DNA of 64,000 nucleotides from Nemertoderma westbladi. Its lineage: Eukaryota; Animalia; Xenacoelomorpha. The position numbers and the translations under genes were made by a program. The notes beneath the pieces were generated by a model that saw only the letters and a list, made by a program, of their open reading frames with translations, had not been told where the DNA came from and did no database searches. Within the stretch, counting starts at the first letter, position 1, and every line of letters starts with the position of its first letter. Below are positions 18,301-33,300 of the stretch, one piece after another. The DNA lies in NCBI GenBank assembly GCA_032718475.1, contig JAUCBJ010007253.1, positions 62,001 through 126,000 on the forward strand, given 5' to 3'.

Positions 18301-21300
18301 TAAACTTCTTTTGAGTTGGCTATTTTATTGTAGTAATAAAAACTAACCTGATATCCTTTTGATTTGGATAGTTTTTTGTAGTAATATAAACTAAACTTCT
18401 TTTGAGTTGGCTATTTTGTTGTAGTAATAAAAACTAACCTGATATCCTTTTGATTTGGATAGTTTTTTGTATTAATATAAACTAAACTTCTTCTGAGTTG
18501 GCTATTTTGTTGTAGTAATAAAAACTAACCTGATATCCTTTTGATTTGGATAGTTTTTTGTATTAATATAAACTAAACTTCTTCTGAGTTGGCTATTTTA
18601 TTTTAGTAATAACAACTAACCTGGTATCTTTTGATTTGGAGAGTTTTTTGTATTAATATAAACTAAACTTCTTCTGAGTTGGCTATTTTGTTGTAGTAAT
18701 AAAAACTAACCTGATATCCTTTTGATTTGGATAGTTTTTTGTATTAATATAAACTAAACTTCTTCTGAGTTGGCTATTTTATTTTAGTAATAACAACTAA
18801 CCTGATATCCTTTTGATTTGGATAGTTTTTTGTATTAATATAAACTAAACTTCTTCTGAGTTGGCTATTTTATTTTAGTAATAACAACTAACCTGGTATC
18901 TTTTGATTTGGAGAGTTTTTTGTATTAATATAAACTAAACTTCTTTTGAGTTGGCTAATTTGTTGTAGTAATAAAAACTAACCTGGTATCCTTTTGATTT
19001 GGATAGTTTTTTGTATTAATATAAACTAAACTTCTTCTGAGTTGGCTATTTTATTTTAGTAATAACAACTAACCTGATATCTTTTGATTTGTATAGTTTT
19101 TTGTAGTAATATAAACTAAACTTCTTCTGAGTTGGCTATTTTATTTTAGTAATAACAACTAACCTGATATCTTTTGATTTGTATAGTTTTTTGTATTAAT
19201 ATAAACTAAACTTCTTCTGAGTTGGCTATTTTATTTTAGTAATAACAACTAACCTGATATCTTTTGATTTGTATAGTTTTTTGTAGTAATATAAACTAAA
19301 CTTCTTCTGAGTTGGCTATTTCGTTGTAGTAATAAAAACTAACCTGGTATCCTTTTGATTTGGATAGTTTTTTGTATTAATATAAACTAAACTTATTCTG
19401 AGTTGGCTATTTTATTGTAGTAATAAAAACTAACCTGGTATGTTTTGATTTGGATAGTTTTTTGTAGTAATATAAACTAAACTTCTTCTGAGTTGGCTAT
19501 TTTGTTGTAGTAATAAAAACTAACCTGATATCTTTTGATTTGTATAGTTTTTTGTATTAATATAAACTAAACTTCTTCTGAGTTGGTTATTTCGTTGTAG
19601 TAATAAAAACTAACCTGATATCTTTTGATTTGGATAGTTTTTTGTATTAATATAAACTAAACTTCTTCTGAGTTGGTTATTTCGTTGTAGTAATAAAAAC
19701 TAACCTGATATCTTTTGATTTGGATAGTTTTTTGTATTAATATAAACTAAACTTCTTCTGAGTTGGTTATTTCGTTGTAGTAATAAAAACTAACCTGGTA
19801 TCTTTTGATTTGGATAGTTTTTTGTATTAATATAAACTAAACTTCTTCTGAGTTGGTTATTTCGTTGTAGTAATAAAAACTAACCTGATATCTTTTGATT
19901 TGGATAGTTTTTTGTATTAATATAAACTAAACTTCTTCTGAGTTGGCTATTTCGTTGTAGTAATAAAAACTAACCTGATATCTTTTGATTTGTATAGTTT
20001 TTTGTATTAATATAAACTAAACTTCTTCTGAGTTGGCTATTTTGTTGTAGTAATAAAAACTAACCTGGTATCTTTTGATTTGGATAGTTTTTTGTATTAA
20101 TATAAACTAAACTTCTTTTGAGTTGGCTATTTCGTTGTAGTAATAAAAACTAACCTGATATCTTTTGATTTGTATAGTTTTTTGTATTAATATAAACTAA
20201 ACTTCTTCTGAGTTGGCTATTTTGTTGTAGTAATAAAAACTAACCTGGTATCTTTTGATTTGGATAGTTTTTTGTATTAATATAAACTAAACTTCTTTTG
20301 AGTTGGCTATTTCGTTGTAGTAATAAAAACTAACCTGGTATCTTTTGATTTGGATAGTTTTTTGTATTAATATAAACTAAACTTCTTTTGAGTTGGCTAT
20401 TTCGTTGTAGTAATAAAAACTAACCTGATATCTTTTGATTTGTATAGTTTTTTGTATTAATATAAACTAAACTTCTTCTGAGTTGGCTATTTTGTTGTAG
20501 TAATAAAAACTAACCTGGTATCTTTTGATTTGGATAGTTTTTTGTATTAATATAAACTAAACTTCTTCTGAGTTGGCTATTTTATTGTAGTAATAAAAAC
20601 TAACCTGATATCTTTTGATTTGAATAGTTTTTTGTATTAATATAAACTAAACTTCTTCTGAGTTGGCTATTTCGTTGTAGTAATAAAAACTAACCTGATA
20701 TCTTTTGATTTGGATAGTTTTTTGTATTAATATAAACTAAACTTCTTCTGAGTTGGCTATTTTATTGTAGTAATAAAAACTAACCTGATATCTTTTGATT
20801 TGTATAGTTTTTTGTATTAATATAAACTAAACTTCTTCTGAGTTGGCTATTTCGTTGTAGTAATAAAAACTAACCTGATATCTTTTGATTTGGATAGTTT
20901 TTTGTAGTAATATAAACTAAACTTCTTCTGAGTTGGCTATTTCGTTGTAGTAATAAAAACTAACCTGATATCTTTTGATTTGGATAGTTTTTTGTATTAA
21001 TATAAACTAAACTTCTTCTGAGTTGGCTATTTTATTGTAGTAATAAAAACTAACCTGATATCTTTTGATTTGTATAGTTTTTTGTAGTAATATAAACTAA
21101 ACTTCTTCTGAGTTGGCTATTTCGTTGTAGTAATAAAAACTAACCTGATATCTTTTGATTTGGATAGTTTTTTGTATTAATATAAACTAAACTTCTTCTG
21201 AGTTGGCTATTTTATTGTAGTAATAAAAACTAACCTGATATCCTTTTGATTTGTATAGTTTTTTGTAGTAATATAAACTAAACTTCTTTTGAGTTGGCTA

Positions 21301-24300
21301 TTTCGTTGTAGTAATAAAAACTAACCTGATATCTTTTGATTTGGATAGTTTTTTGTATTAATATAAACTAAACTTCTTTTGAGTTGGCTATTTCGTTGTA
21401 GTAATAAAAACTAACCTGATATCTTTTGATTTGGATAGTTTTTTGTAGTAATATAAACTAAACTTCTTCTGAGTTGGCTATTTCGTTGTAGTAATAAAAA
21501 CTAACCTGATATCTTTTGATTTGGATAGTTTTTTGTATTAATATAAACTAAACTTCTTTTGAGTTGGCTATTTCGTTGTAGTAATAAAAACTAACCTGAT
21601 ATCTTTTGATTTGGATAGTTTTTTGTATTAATATAAACTAAACTTCTTTTGAGTTGGCTATTTCGTTGTAGTAATAAAAACTAACCTGATATCTTTTGAT
21701 TTGGATAGTTTTTTGTAGTAATATAAACTAAACTTCTTCTGAGTTGGCTATTTCGTTGTAGTAATAAAAACTAACCTGATATCTTTTGATTTGGATAGTT
21801 TTTTGTATTAATATAAACTAAACTTCTTTTGAGTTGGCTATTTCGTTGTAGTAATAAAAACTAACCTGATATCTTTTGATTTGGATAGTTTTTTGTAGTA
21901 ATATAAACTAAACTTCTTCTGAGTTGGTTATTTTGTTGTAGTAATAAAAACTAACCTGATATCTTTTGATTTGGATAGTTTTTTGTATTAATATAAACTA
22001 AACTTCTTCTGAGTTGGCTATTTTATTGTAGTAATAAAAACTAACCTGATATCTTTTGATTTGTATAGTTTTTTGTATTAATATAAACTAAACTTCTTTT
22101 GAGTTGGCTATTTTGTTGTAGTAATAAAAACTAACCTGATATCTTTTGATTTGAATAGTTTTTTGTATTAATATAAACTAAACTTCTTCTGAGTTGGTTA
22201 TTTCGTTGTAGTAATAAAAACTAACCTGATATCTTTTGATTTGGATAGTTTTTTGTAGTAATATAAACTAAACTTCTTTTGAGTTGGCTATTTTGTTGTA
22301 GTAATAAAAACTAACCTGATATCCTTTTGATTTGGATAGTTTTTTGTATTAATATAAACTAAACTTCTTCTGAGTTGGCTATTTTATTTTAGTAATAACA
22401 ACTAACCTGGTATCTTTTGATTTGGAGAGTTTTTTGTATTAATATAAACTAAACTTCTTCTGAGTTGGCTATTTTGTTGTAGTAATAAAAACTAACCTGA
22501 TATCTTTTGATTTGGATAGTTTTTTGTATTAATATAAACTAAACTTCTTTTGAGTTGGCTATTTTATTGTAGTAATAAAAACTAACCTGATATCCTTTTG
22601 ATTTGGATAGTTTTTTGTATTAATATAAACTAAACTTCTTCTGAGTTGGCTATTTTATTTTAGTAATAACAACTAACCTGGTATCTTTTGATTTGGAGAG
22701 TTTTTTGTATTAATATAAACTAAACTTCTTTTGAGTTGGCTATTTTATTGTAGTAATAAAAACTAACCTGATATCCTTTTGATTTGGATAGTTTTTTGTA
22801 TTAATATAAACTAAACTTCTTCTGAGTTGGCTATTTTATTTTAGTAATAACAACTAACCTGATATCTTTTGATTTGTATAGTTTTTTGTAGTAATATAAA
22901 CTAAACTTCTTCTGAGTTGGCTATTTCGTTGTAGTAATAAAAACTAACCTGATATCTTTTTGATTTGGATAGTTTTTTGTATTAATATAAACTAAACTTC
23001 TTCTGAGTTGGCTATTTTGTTGTAGTAATAAAAACTAACCTGATATCTTTTGATTTGTATAGTTTTTTGTATTAATATAAACTAAACTTCTTCTGAGTTG
23101 GCTATTTTATTTTAGTAATAACAACTAACCTGATATCTTTTGATTTGTATAGTTTTTTGTAGTAATATAAACTAAACTTCTTCTGAGTTGGCTATTTCGT
23201 TGTAGTAATAAAAACTAACCTGATATCTTTTTGATTTGGATAGTTTTTTGTATTAATATAAACTAAACTTCTTCTGAGTTGGCTATTTTGTTGTAGTAAT
23301 AAAAACTAACCTGATATCTTTTGATTTGTATAGTTTTTTGTATTAATATAAACTAAACTTCTTCTGAGTTGGTTATTTTATTGTAGTAATAAAAACTAAC
23401 CTGATATCTTTTGATTTGGATAGTTTTTTGTAGTAATATAAACTAAACTTCTTCTGAGTTGGCTATTTTGTTGTAGTAATAAAAACTAACCTGATATCTT
23501 TTGATTTGTATAGTTTTTTGTATTAATATAAACTAAACTTCTTCTGAGTTGGTTATTTCGTTGTAGTAATAAAAACTAACCTGATATCTTTTGATTTGGA
23601 TAGTTTTTTGTATTAATATAAACTAAACTTCTTCTGAGTTGGTTATTTCGTTGTAGTAATAAAAACTAACCTGATATCTTTTGATTTGGATAGTTTTTTG
23701 TATTAATATAAACTAAACTTCTTCTGAGTTGGTTATTTCGTTGTAGTAATAAAAACTAACCTGGTATCTTTTGATTTGGATAGTTTTTTGTATTAATATA
23801 AACTAAACTTCTTCTGAGTTGGTTATTTCGTTGTAGTAATAAAAACTAACCTGATATCTTTTGATTTGGATAGTTTTTTGTATTAATATAAACTAAACTT
23901 CTTCTGAGTTGGCTATTTCGTTGTAGTAATAAAAACTAACCTGATATCTTTTGATTTGTATAGTTTTTTGTATTAATATAAACTAAACTTCTTCTGAGTT
24001 GGCTATTTTGTTGTAGTAATAAAAACTAACCTGGTATCTTTTGATTTGGATAGTTTTTTGTATTAATATAAACTAAACTTCTTTTGAGTTGGCTATTTCG
24101 TTGTAGTAATAAAAACTAACCTGATATCTTTTGATTTGTATAGTTTTTTGTATTAATATAAACTAAACTTCTTCTGAGTTGGCTATTTTGTTGTAGTAAT
24201 AAAAACTAACCTGGTATCTTTTGATTTGGATAGTTTTTTGTATTAATATAAACTAAACTTCTTTTGAGTTGGCTATTTCGTTGTAGTAATAAAAACTAAC

Positions 24301-27300
24301 CTGGTATCTTTTGATTTGGATAGTTTTTTGTATTAATATAAACTAAACTTCTTTTGAGTTGGCTATTTCGTTGTAGTAATAAAAACTAACCTGATATCTT
24401 TTGATTTGTATAGTTTTTTGTATTAATATAAACTAAACTTCTTCTGAGTTGGCTATTTTGTTGTAGTAATAAAAACTAACCTGGTATCTTTTGATTTGGA
24501 TAGTTTTTTGTATTAATATAAACTAAACTTCTTCTGAGTTGGCTATTTTATTGTAGTAATAAAAACTAACCTGATATCTTTTGATTTGAATAGTTTTTTG
24601 TATTAATATAAACTAAACTTCTTCTGAGTTGGCTATTTCGTTGTAGTAATAAAAACTAACCTGATATCTTTTGATTTGGATAGTTTTTTGTATTAATATA
24701 AACTAAACTTCTTCTGAGTTGGCTATTTTATTGTAGTAATAAAAACTAACCTGATATCTTTTGATTTGTATTGTTTTTTGTATTAATATAAACTAAACTT
24801 CTTCTGAGTTGGCTATTTCGTTGTAGTAATAAAAACTAACCTGATATCTTTTGATTTGGATAGTTTTTTGTAGTAATATAAACTAAACTTCTTCTGAGTT
24901 GGCTATTTCGTTGTAGTAATAAAAACTAACCTGATATCTTTTGATTTGGATAGTTTTTTGTATTAATATAAACTAAACTTCTTCTGAGTTGGCTATTTTA
25001 TTGTAGTAATAAAAACTAACCTGATATCTTTTGATTTGTATAGTTTTTTGTAGTAATATAAACTAAACTTCTTCTGAGTTGGCTATTTCGTTGTAGTAAT
25101 AAAAACTAACCTGATATCTTTTGATTTGGATAGTTTTTTGTATTAATATAAACTAAACTTCTTCTGAGTTGGCTATTTTATTGTAGTAATAAAAACTAAC
25201 CTGATGTCTTTTGATTTGAATAGTTTTTTGTATTAATATAAACTAAACTTCTTCTGAGTTGGCTATTTTATTGTAGTAATAAAAACTAACCTGATGTCTT
25301 TTGATTTGAATAGTTTTTTGTATTAATATAAACTAAACTTCTTTTGAGTTGGCTAATTTGTTGTAGTAATAAAAACTAACCTGATGTCTTTTGATTTGAA
25401 TAGTTTTTTGTATTAATATAAACTAAACTTCTTTTGAGTTGGCTAATTTGTTGTAGTAATAAAAACTAACCTGGTATCCTTTTGATTTGGATAGTTTTTT
25501 GTATTAATATAAACTAAACTTCTTCTGAGTTGGCTATTTTATTGTAGTAATAAAAACTAACCTGATATCCTTTTGATTTGTATAGTTTTTTGTATTAATA
25601 TAAACTAAACTTCTTCTGAGTTGGCTATTTTATTGTAGTAATAAAAACTAACCTGATATCTTTTGATTTGGATAGTTTTTTGTATTAATATAAACTAAAC
25701 TTCTTCTGAGTTGGCTATTTTATTGTAGTAATAAAAACTAACCTGATATCTTTTGATTTGGATAGTTTTTTGTATTAATATAAACTAAACTTCTTCTGAG
25801 TTGGCTATTTTATTGTAGTAATAAAAACTAACCTGATATCTTTTGATTTGGATAGTTTTTTGTAGTAATATAAACTAAACTTCTTCTGAGTTGGCTATTT
25901 TGTTGTAGTAATAAAAACTAACCTGATATCCTTTTGATTTGGATAGTTTTTTGTATTAATATAAACTAAACTTCTTCTGAGTTGGCTATTTTATTGTAGT
26001 AATAAAAACTAACCTGATATCCTTTTGATTTGTATAGTTTTTTGTAGTAATATAAACTAAACTTCTTTTGAGTTGGCTATTTCGTTGTAGTAATAAAAAC
26101 TAACCTGATATCTTTTGATTTGGATAGTTTTTTGTATTAATATAAACTAAACTTCTTCTGAGTTGGTTATTTTGTTGTAGTAATAAAAACTAACCTGATA
26201 TCTTTTGATTTGGATAGTTTTTTGTATTAATATAAACTAAACTTCTTCTGAGTTGGTTATTTTGTTGTAGTAATAAAAACTAACCTGATATCTTTTGATT
26301 TGGATAGTTTTTTGTATTAATATAAACTAAACTTCTTCTGAGTTGGCTATTTTATTGTAGTAATAAAAACTAACCTGATATCTTTTGATTTGGATAGTTT
26401 TTTGTAGTAATATAAACTAAACTTCTTCTGAGTTGGCTATTTTGTTGTAGTAATAAAAACTAACCTGATATCCTTTTGATTTGGATAGTTTTTTGTATTA
26501 ATATAAACTAAACTTCTTTTGAGTTGGCTATTTCGTTGTAGTAATAAAAACTAACCTGATATCTTTTGATTTGGATAGTTTTTTGTAGTAATATAAACTA
26601 AACTTCTTCTGAGTTGGCTATTTCGTTGTAGTAATAAAAACTAACCTGATATCTTTTGATTTGGATAGTTTTTTGTATTAATATAAACTAAACTTCTTTT
26701 GAGTTGGCTATTTCGTTGTAGTAATAAAAACTAACCTGATATCTTTTGATTTGGATAGTTTTTTGTATTAATATAAACTAAACTTCTTTTGAGTTGGCTA
26801 TTTCGTTGTAGTAATAAAAACTAACCTGATATCTTTTGATTTGGATAGTTTTTTGTAGTAATATAAACTAAACTTCTTCTGAGTTGGCTATTTCGTTGTA
26901 GTAATAAAAACTAACCTGATATCTTTTGATTTGGATAGTTTTTTGTATTAATATAAACTAAACTTCTTTTGAGTTGGCTATTTCGTTGTAGTAATAAAAA
27001 CTAACCTGATATCTTTTGATTTGGATAGTTTTTTGTAGTAATATAAACTAAACTTCTTCTGAGTTGGTTATTTTGTTGTAGTAATAAAAACTAACCTGAT
27101 ATCTTTTGATTTGGATAGTTTTTTGTATTAATATAAACTAAACTTCTTCTGAGTTGGCTATTTTATTGTAGTAATAAAAACTAACCTGATATCTTTTGAT
27201 TTGTATAGTTTTTTGTATTAATATAAACTAAACTTCTTTTGAGTTGGCTATTTTGTTGTAGTAATAAAAACTAACCTGATATCTTTTGATTTGAATAGTT

Positions 27301-30300
27301 TTTTGTATTAATATAAACTAAACTTCTTCTGAGTTGGTTATTTCGTTGTAGTAATAAAAACTAACCTGATATCTTTTGATTTGGATAGTTTTTTGTAGTA
27401 ATATAAACTAAACTTCTTTTGAGTTGGCTATTTTGTTGTAGTAATAAAAACTAACCTGATATCTTTTGATTTGAATAGTTTTTTGTATTAATATAAACTA
27501 AACTTCTTTTGAGTTGGCTATTTTGTTGTAGTAATAAAAACTAACCTGATATCTTTTGATTTGGATAGTTTTTTGTATTAATATAAACTAAACTTCTTCT
27601 GAGTTGGTTATTTCGTTGTAGTAATAAAAACTAACCTGATATCTTTTGATTTGGATAGTTTTTTGTAGTAATATAAACTAAACTTCTTCTGAGTTGGTTA
27701 TTTTGTTGTAGTAATAAAAACTAACCTGATATCTTTTGATTTGGATAGTTTTTTGTATTAATATAAACTAAACTTCTTCTGAGTTGGCTATTTTATTGTA
27801 GTAATAAAAACTAACCTGATATCTTTTGATTTGTATAGTTTTTTGTATTAATATAAACTAAACTTCTTCTGAGTTGGCTATTTCGTTGTAGTAATAAAAA
27901 CTAACCTGATATCTTTTGATTTGGATAGTTTTTTGTAGTAATATAAACTAAACTTCTTCTGAGTTGGCTATTTCGTTGTAGTAATAAAAACTAACCTGAT
28001 ATCTTTTGATTTGGATAGTTTTTTGTATTAATATAAACTAAACTTCTTCTGAGTTGGCTATTTTATTGTAGTAATAAAAACTAACCTGATATCTTTTGAT
28101 TTGTATAGTTTTTTGTATTAATATAAACTAAACTTCTTCTGAGTTGGCTATTTCGTTGTAGTAATAAAAACTAACCTGATATCTTTTGATTTGGATAGTT
28201 TTTTGTATTAATATAAACTAAACTTCTTCTGAGTTGGCTATTTCGTTGTAGTAATAAAAACTAACCTGATATCTTTTGATTTGGATAGTTTTTTGTATTA
28301 ATATAAACTAAACTTCTTCTGAGTTGGCTATTTCGTTGTAGTAATAAAAACTAACCTGATATCTTTTGATTTGGATAGTTTTTTGTATTAATATAAACTA
28401 AACTTCTTCTGAGTTGGTTATTTTGTTGTAGTAATAAAAACTAACCTGGTATCTTTTGATTTGGATAGTTTTTTGTATTAATATAAACTAAACTTCTTCT
28501 GAGTTGGCTATTTTATTGTAGTAATAAAAACTAACCTGGTATCTTTTGATTTGGATAGTTTTTTTGTAGTAATATAAACTAAACTTCTTCTGAGTTGGCT
28601 ATTTTGTTGTAGTAATAAAAACTAACCTGATATCTTTTGATTTGGATAGTTTTTTGTAGTAATATAAACTAAACTTCTTCGGAGTTGGCTATTTTGTTGT
28701 AGTAATAAAAACTAACCTGATATCTTTTGATTTGGATAGTTTTTTGTAGTAATATAAACTAAACTTCTTCTGAGTTGGCTATTTTGTTGTAGTAATAAAA
28801 ACTAACCTGATATCTTTTGATTTGGATAGTTTTTTGTAGTAATATAAACTAAACTTCTTCTGAGTTGGTTATTTCGTTGTAGTAATAAAAACTAACCTGA
28901 TATCTTTTGATTTGGATAGTTTTTTGTAGTAATATAAACTAAACTTCTTCTGAGTTGGCTATTTTGTTGTAGTAATAAAAACTAACCTGATATCTTTTGA
29001 TTTGGATAGTTTTTTGTAGTAATATAAACTAAACTTCTTCTGAGTTGGTTATTTCGTTGTAGTAATAAAAACTAACCTGATATCTTTTGATTTGGATAGT
29101 TTTTTGTAGTAATATAAACTAAACTTCTTCTGAGTTGGCTATTTTGTTGTAGTAATAAAAACTAACCTGATATCTTTTGATTTGGATAGTTTTTTGTAGT
29201 AATATAAACTAAACTTCTTTTGAGTTGGCTATTTTGTTGTAGTAATAAAAACTAACCTGGTATCTTTTGATTTGGATAGTTTTTTGTAGTAATATAAACT
29301 AAACTTCTTCTGAGTTGGCTATTTTATTGTAGTAATAAAAACTAACCTGATATCTTTTGATTTGGATAGTTTTTTGTAGTAATATAAACTAAACTTCTTC
29401 TGAGTTGGCTATTTTATTGTAGAAATAAAAACTAACCTGATATCTTTTGATTTGGATAGTTTTTTGTAGTAATATAAACTAAACTTCTTCTGAGTTGGCT
29501 ATTTTATTGTAGTAATAAAAACTAATCTGATATCTTTTGATTTGGATAGTTTTTTGTAGTAATATAAACTAAACTTCTTCTGAGTTGGCTAATTTGTTGT
29601 AGTAATAAAAACTAACCTGATATCTTTTGATTTGAATAGTTTTTTGTAGTAATATAAACTAAACTTCTTCTGAGTTGGCTATTTTATTGTAGTAATAAAA
29701 ACTAACCTGGTATCTTTTGATTTGGATAGTTTTTTGTAGTAATATAAACTAAACTTCTTCTGAGTTGGCTATTTTGTTGTAGTAATAAAAACTAACCTGA
29801 TATCTTTTGATTTGGATAGTTTTTTGTAGTAATATAAACTAAACTTCTTCTGAGTTGGCTATTTTATTTTAGTAATAAAAACTAACCTGATATCTTTTGA
29901 TTTGGAGAGTTTTTTGTAGTAATATAAACTAAACTTCTTCTGAGTTGGCTATTTTGTTGTAGTAATAAAAACTAACCTGATATCTTTTGATTTGGATAGT
30001 TTTTTGTATTAATATTAACTAAACTTCTTCTGAGTTGGCTATTTTGTTGTAGTAATAAAAACTAACCTGATATCTTTTGATTTGGATAGTTTTTTGTAGT
30101 AATATAAACTAAACTTCTTCTGAGTTGGCTATTTTATTGTAGTAATAAAAACTAACCTGATATCTTTTGATTTGGATAGTTTTTTGTAGTAATATAAACT
30201 AAACTTCTTCTGAGTTGGCTATTTTGTTGTAGTAATAAAAACTAACCTGATATCTTTTGATTTGGATAGTTTTTTCTAGTAATATAAACTAAACTTCTTC

Positions 30301-33300
30301 TGAGTTGGCTATTTTATTGTAGTAATAAAAACTAACCTGGTATCTTTTGATTTGGATAGTTTTTTGTAGTAATATAAACTAAACTTCTTCTGAGTTGGCT
30401 ATTTTATTGTAGTAATAAAAACTAACCTGGTATCTTTTGATTTGGATAGTTTTTTTGTAGTAATATAAACTAAACTTCTTCTGAGTTGGCTATTTTGTTG
30501 TAGTAATAAAAACTAACCTGATATCTTTTGATTTGGATAGTTTTTTGTAGTAATATAAACTAAACTTCTTCGGAGTTGGCTATTTTGTTGTAGTAATAAA
30601 AACTAACCTGATATCTTTTGATTTGGATAGTTTTTTGTAGTAATATAAACTAAACTTCTTCTGAGTTGGCTATTTTATTGTAGTAATAAAAACTAACCTG
30701 GTATCTTTTGATTTGGATAGTTTTTTGTAGTAATATAAACTAAACTTCTTCTGAGTTGGCTATTTTGTTGTAGTAATAAAAACTAACCTGATATCTTTTG
30801 ATTTAGATAGTTTTTTGTAGTAATATAAACTAAACTTCTTCTGAGTTGGCTATTTTGTTGTAGTAATAAAAACTAACCTGATATCTTTTGATTTGGATAG
30901 TTTTTTGTAGTAATATAAACTAAACTTCTTCTGAGTTGGCTATTTTATTGTAGTAATAAAAACTAACCTGGTATCTTTTGATTTGGATAGTTTTTTGTAG
31001 TAATATAAACTAAACTTCTTCTGAGTTGGCTATTTTATTGTAGTAATAAAAACTAACCTGGTATCTTTTGATTTGGATAGTTTTTTGTAGTAATATAAAC
31101 TAAACTTCTTCTGAGTTGGCTATTTTGTTGTAGTAATAAAAACTAACCTGATATCTTTTGATTTGGATAGTTTTTTGTAGTAATATAAACTAAACTTCTT
31201 CTGAGTTGGTTATTTCGTTGTAGTAATAAAAACTAACCTGATATCTTTTGATTTGAATAGTTTTTTGTAGTAATATAAACTAAACTTCTTCTGAGTTGGC
31301 TATTTTGTTGTAGTAATAAAAACTAACCTGATATCTTTTGATTTGGATAGTTTTTTGTAGTAATATAAACTAAACTTCTTCTGAGTTGGCTATTTTATTG
31401 TAGTAATAAAAACTAACCTGGTATCTTTTGATTTGGATAGTTTTTTGTAGTAATATAAACTAAACTTCTTCTGAGTTGGCTATTTTGTTGTAGTAATAAA
31501 AACTAACCTGGTATCTTTTGATTTGGATAGTTTTTTGTAGTAATATAAACTAAACTTCTTCTGAGTTGGCTATTTTGTTGTAGTAATAAAAACTAACCTG
31601 ATATCTTTTGATTTGGATAGTTTTTTGTAGTAATATAAACTAAACTTCTTCGGAGTTGGCTATTTTGTTGTAGTAATAAAAACTGACCTGGTATCTTTTG
31701 ATTTGGATAGTTTTTTGTAGTAATATAAACTAAACTTCTTCTGAGTTGGCTATTTTATTGTAGTAATAAAAACTAACCTGATATCTTTTGATTTGGATAG
31801 TTTTTTGTAGTAATATAAACTAAACTTCTTCGGAGTTGGCTATTTTGTTGTAGTAATAAAAACTGACCTGGTATCTTTTGATTTGGATAGTTTTTTGTAT
31901 TAATATAAACTAAACTTCTTCTGAGTTGGCTATTTCGTTGTAGTAATAAAAACTAACCTGATATCTTTTGATTTGGATAGTTTTTTGTATTAATATAAAC
32001 TAAACTTCTTCTGAGTTGGCTATTTCGTTGTAGTAATAAAAACTAACCTGATATCCTTTTGATTTGGATAGTTTTTTGTATTAATATAAACTAAACTTCT
32101 TCTGAGTTGGTTATTTCGTTGTAGTAATAAAAACTAACCTGGTATCTTTTGATTTGGATAGTTTTTTGTAGTAATATAAACTAAACTTCTTCTGAGTTGG
32201 TTATTTCGTTGTAGTAATAAAAACTAACCTGGTATCTTTTGATTTGGATAGTTTTTTTTAGTAATATAAACTAAACTTCTTCTGAGTTGGTTATTTCGTT
32301 GTAGTAATAAAAACTAACCTGGTATCTTTTGATTTGGATAGTTTTTTGTAGTAATATAAACTAAACTTCTTCTGAGTTGGTTATTTCGTTGTAGTAATAA
32401 AAACTAACCTGATATCCTTTTGATTTGGATAGTTTTTTGTATTAATATAAACTAAACTTCTTCTGAGTTGGTTATTTCGTTGTAGTAATAAAAACTAACC
32501 TGGTATCTTTTGATTTGGATAGTTTTTTGTAGTAATATAAACTAAACTTCTTCTGAGTTGGTTATTTCGTTGTAGTAATAAAAACTAACCTGGTATCTTT
32601 TGATTTGGATAGTTTTTTGTAGTAATATAAACTAAACTTCTTCTGAGTTGGTTATTTCGTTGTAGTAATAAAAACTAACCTGGTATCTTTTGATTTGGAT
32701 AGTTTTTTTTAGTAATATAAACTAAACTTCTTCTGAGTTGGTTATTTCGTTGTAGTAATAAAAACTAACCTGGTATCTTTTGATTTGGATAGTTTTTTTT
32801 AGTAATATAAACTAAACTTCTTCTGAGTTGGTTATTTTGTTGTAGTAATAAAAACTAACCTGATATCCTTTTGATTTGGATAGTTTTTTGTATTAATATA
32901 AACTAAACTTCTTTTGAGTTGGCTATTTTGTTGTAGTAATAAAAACTAACCTGGTATCTTTTGATTTGGATAGTTTTTTGTAGTAATATAAACTAAACTT
33001 CTTCTGAGTTGGTTATTTCGTTGTAGTAATAAAAACTAACCTGGTATCTTTTGATTTGGATAGTTTTTTGTAGTAATATAAACTAAACTTCTTCTGAGTT
33101 GGTTATTTCGTTGTAGTAATAAAAACTAACCTGGTATCTTTTGATTTGGATAGTTTTTTTTAGTAATATAAACTAAACTTCTTCTGAGTTGGTTATTTTG
33201 TTGTAGTAATAAAAACTAACCTGGTATCTTTTGATTTGGATAGTTTTTTTTAGTAATATAAACTAAACTTCTTCTGAGTTGGTTATTTCGTTGTAGTAAT

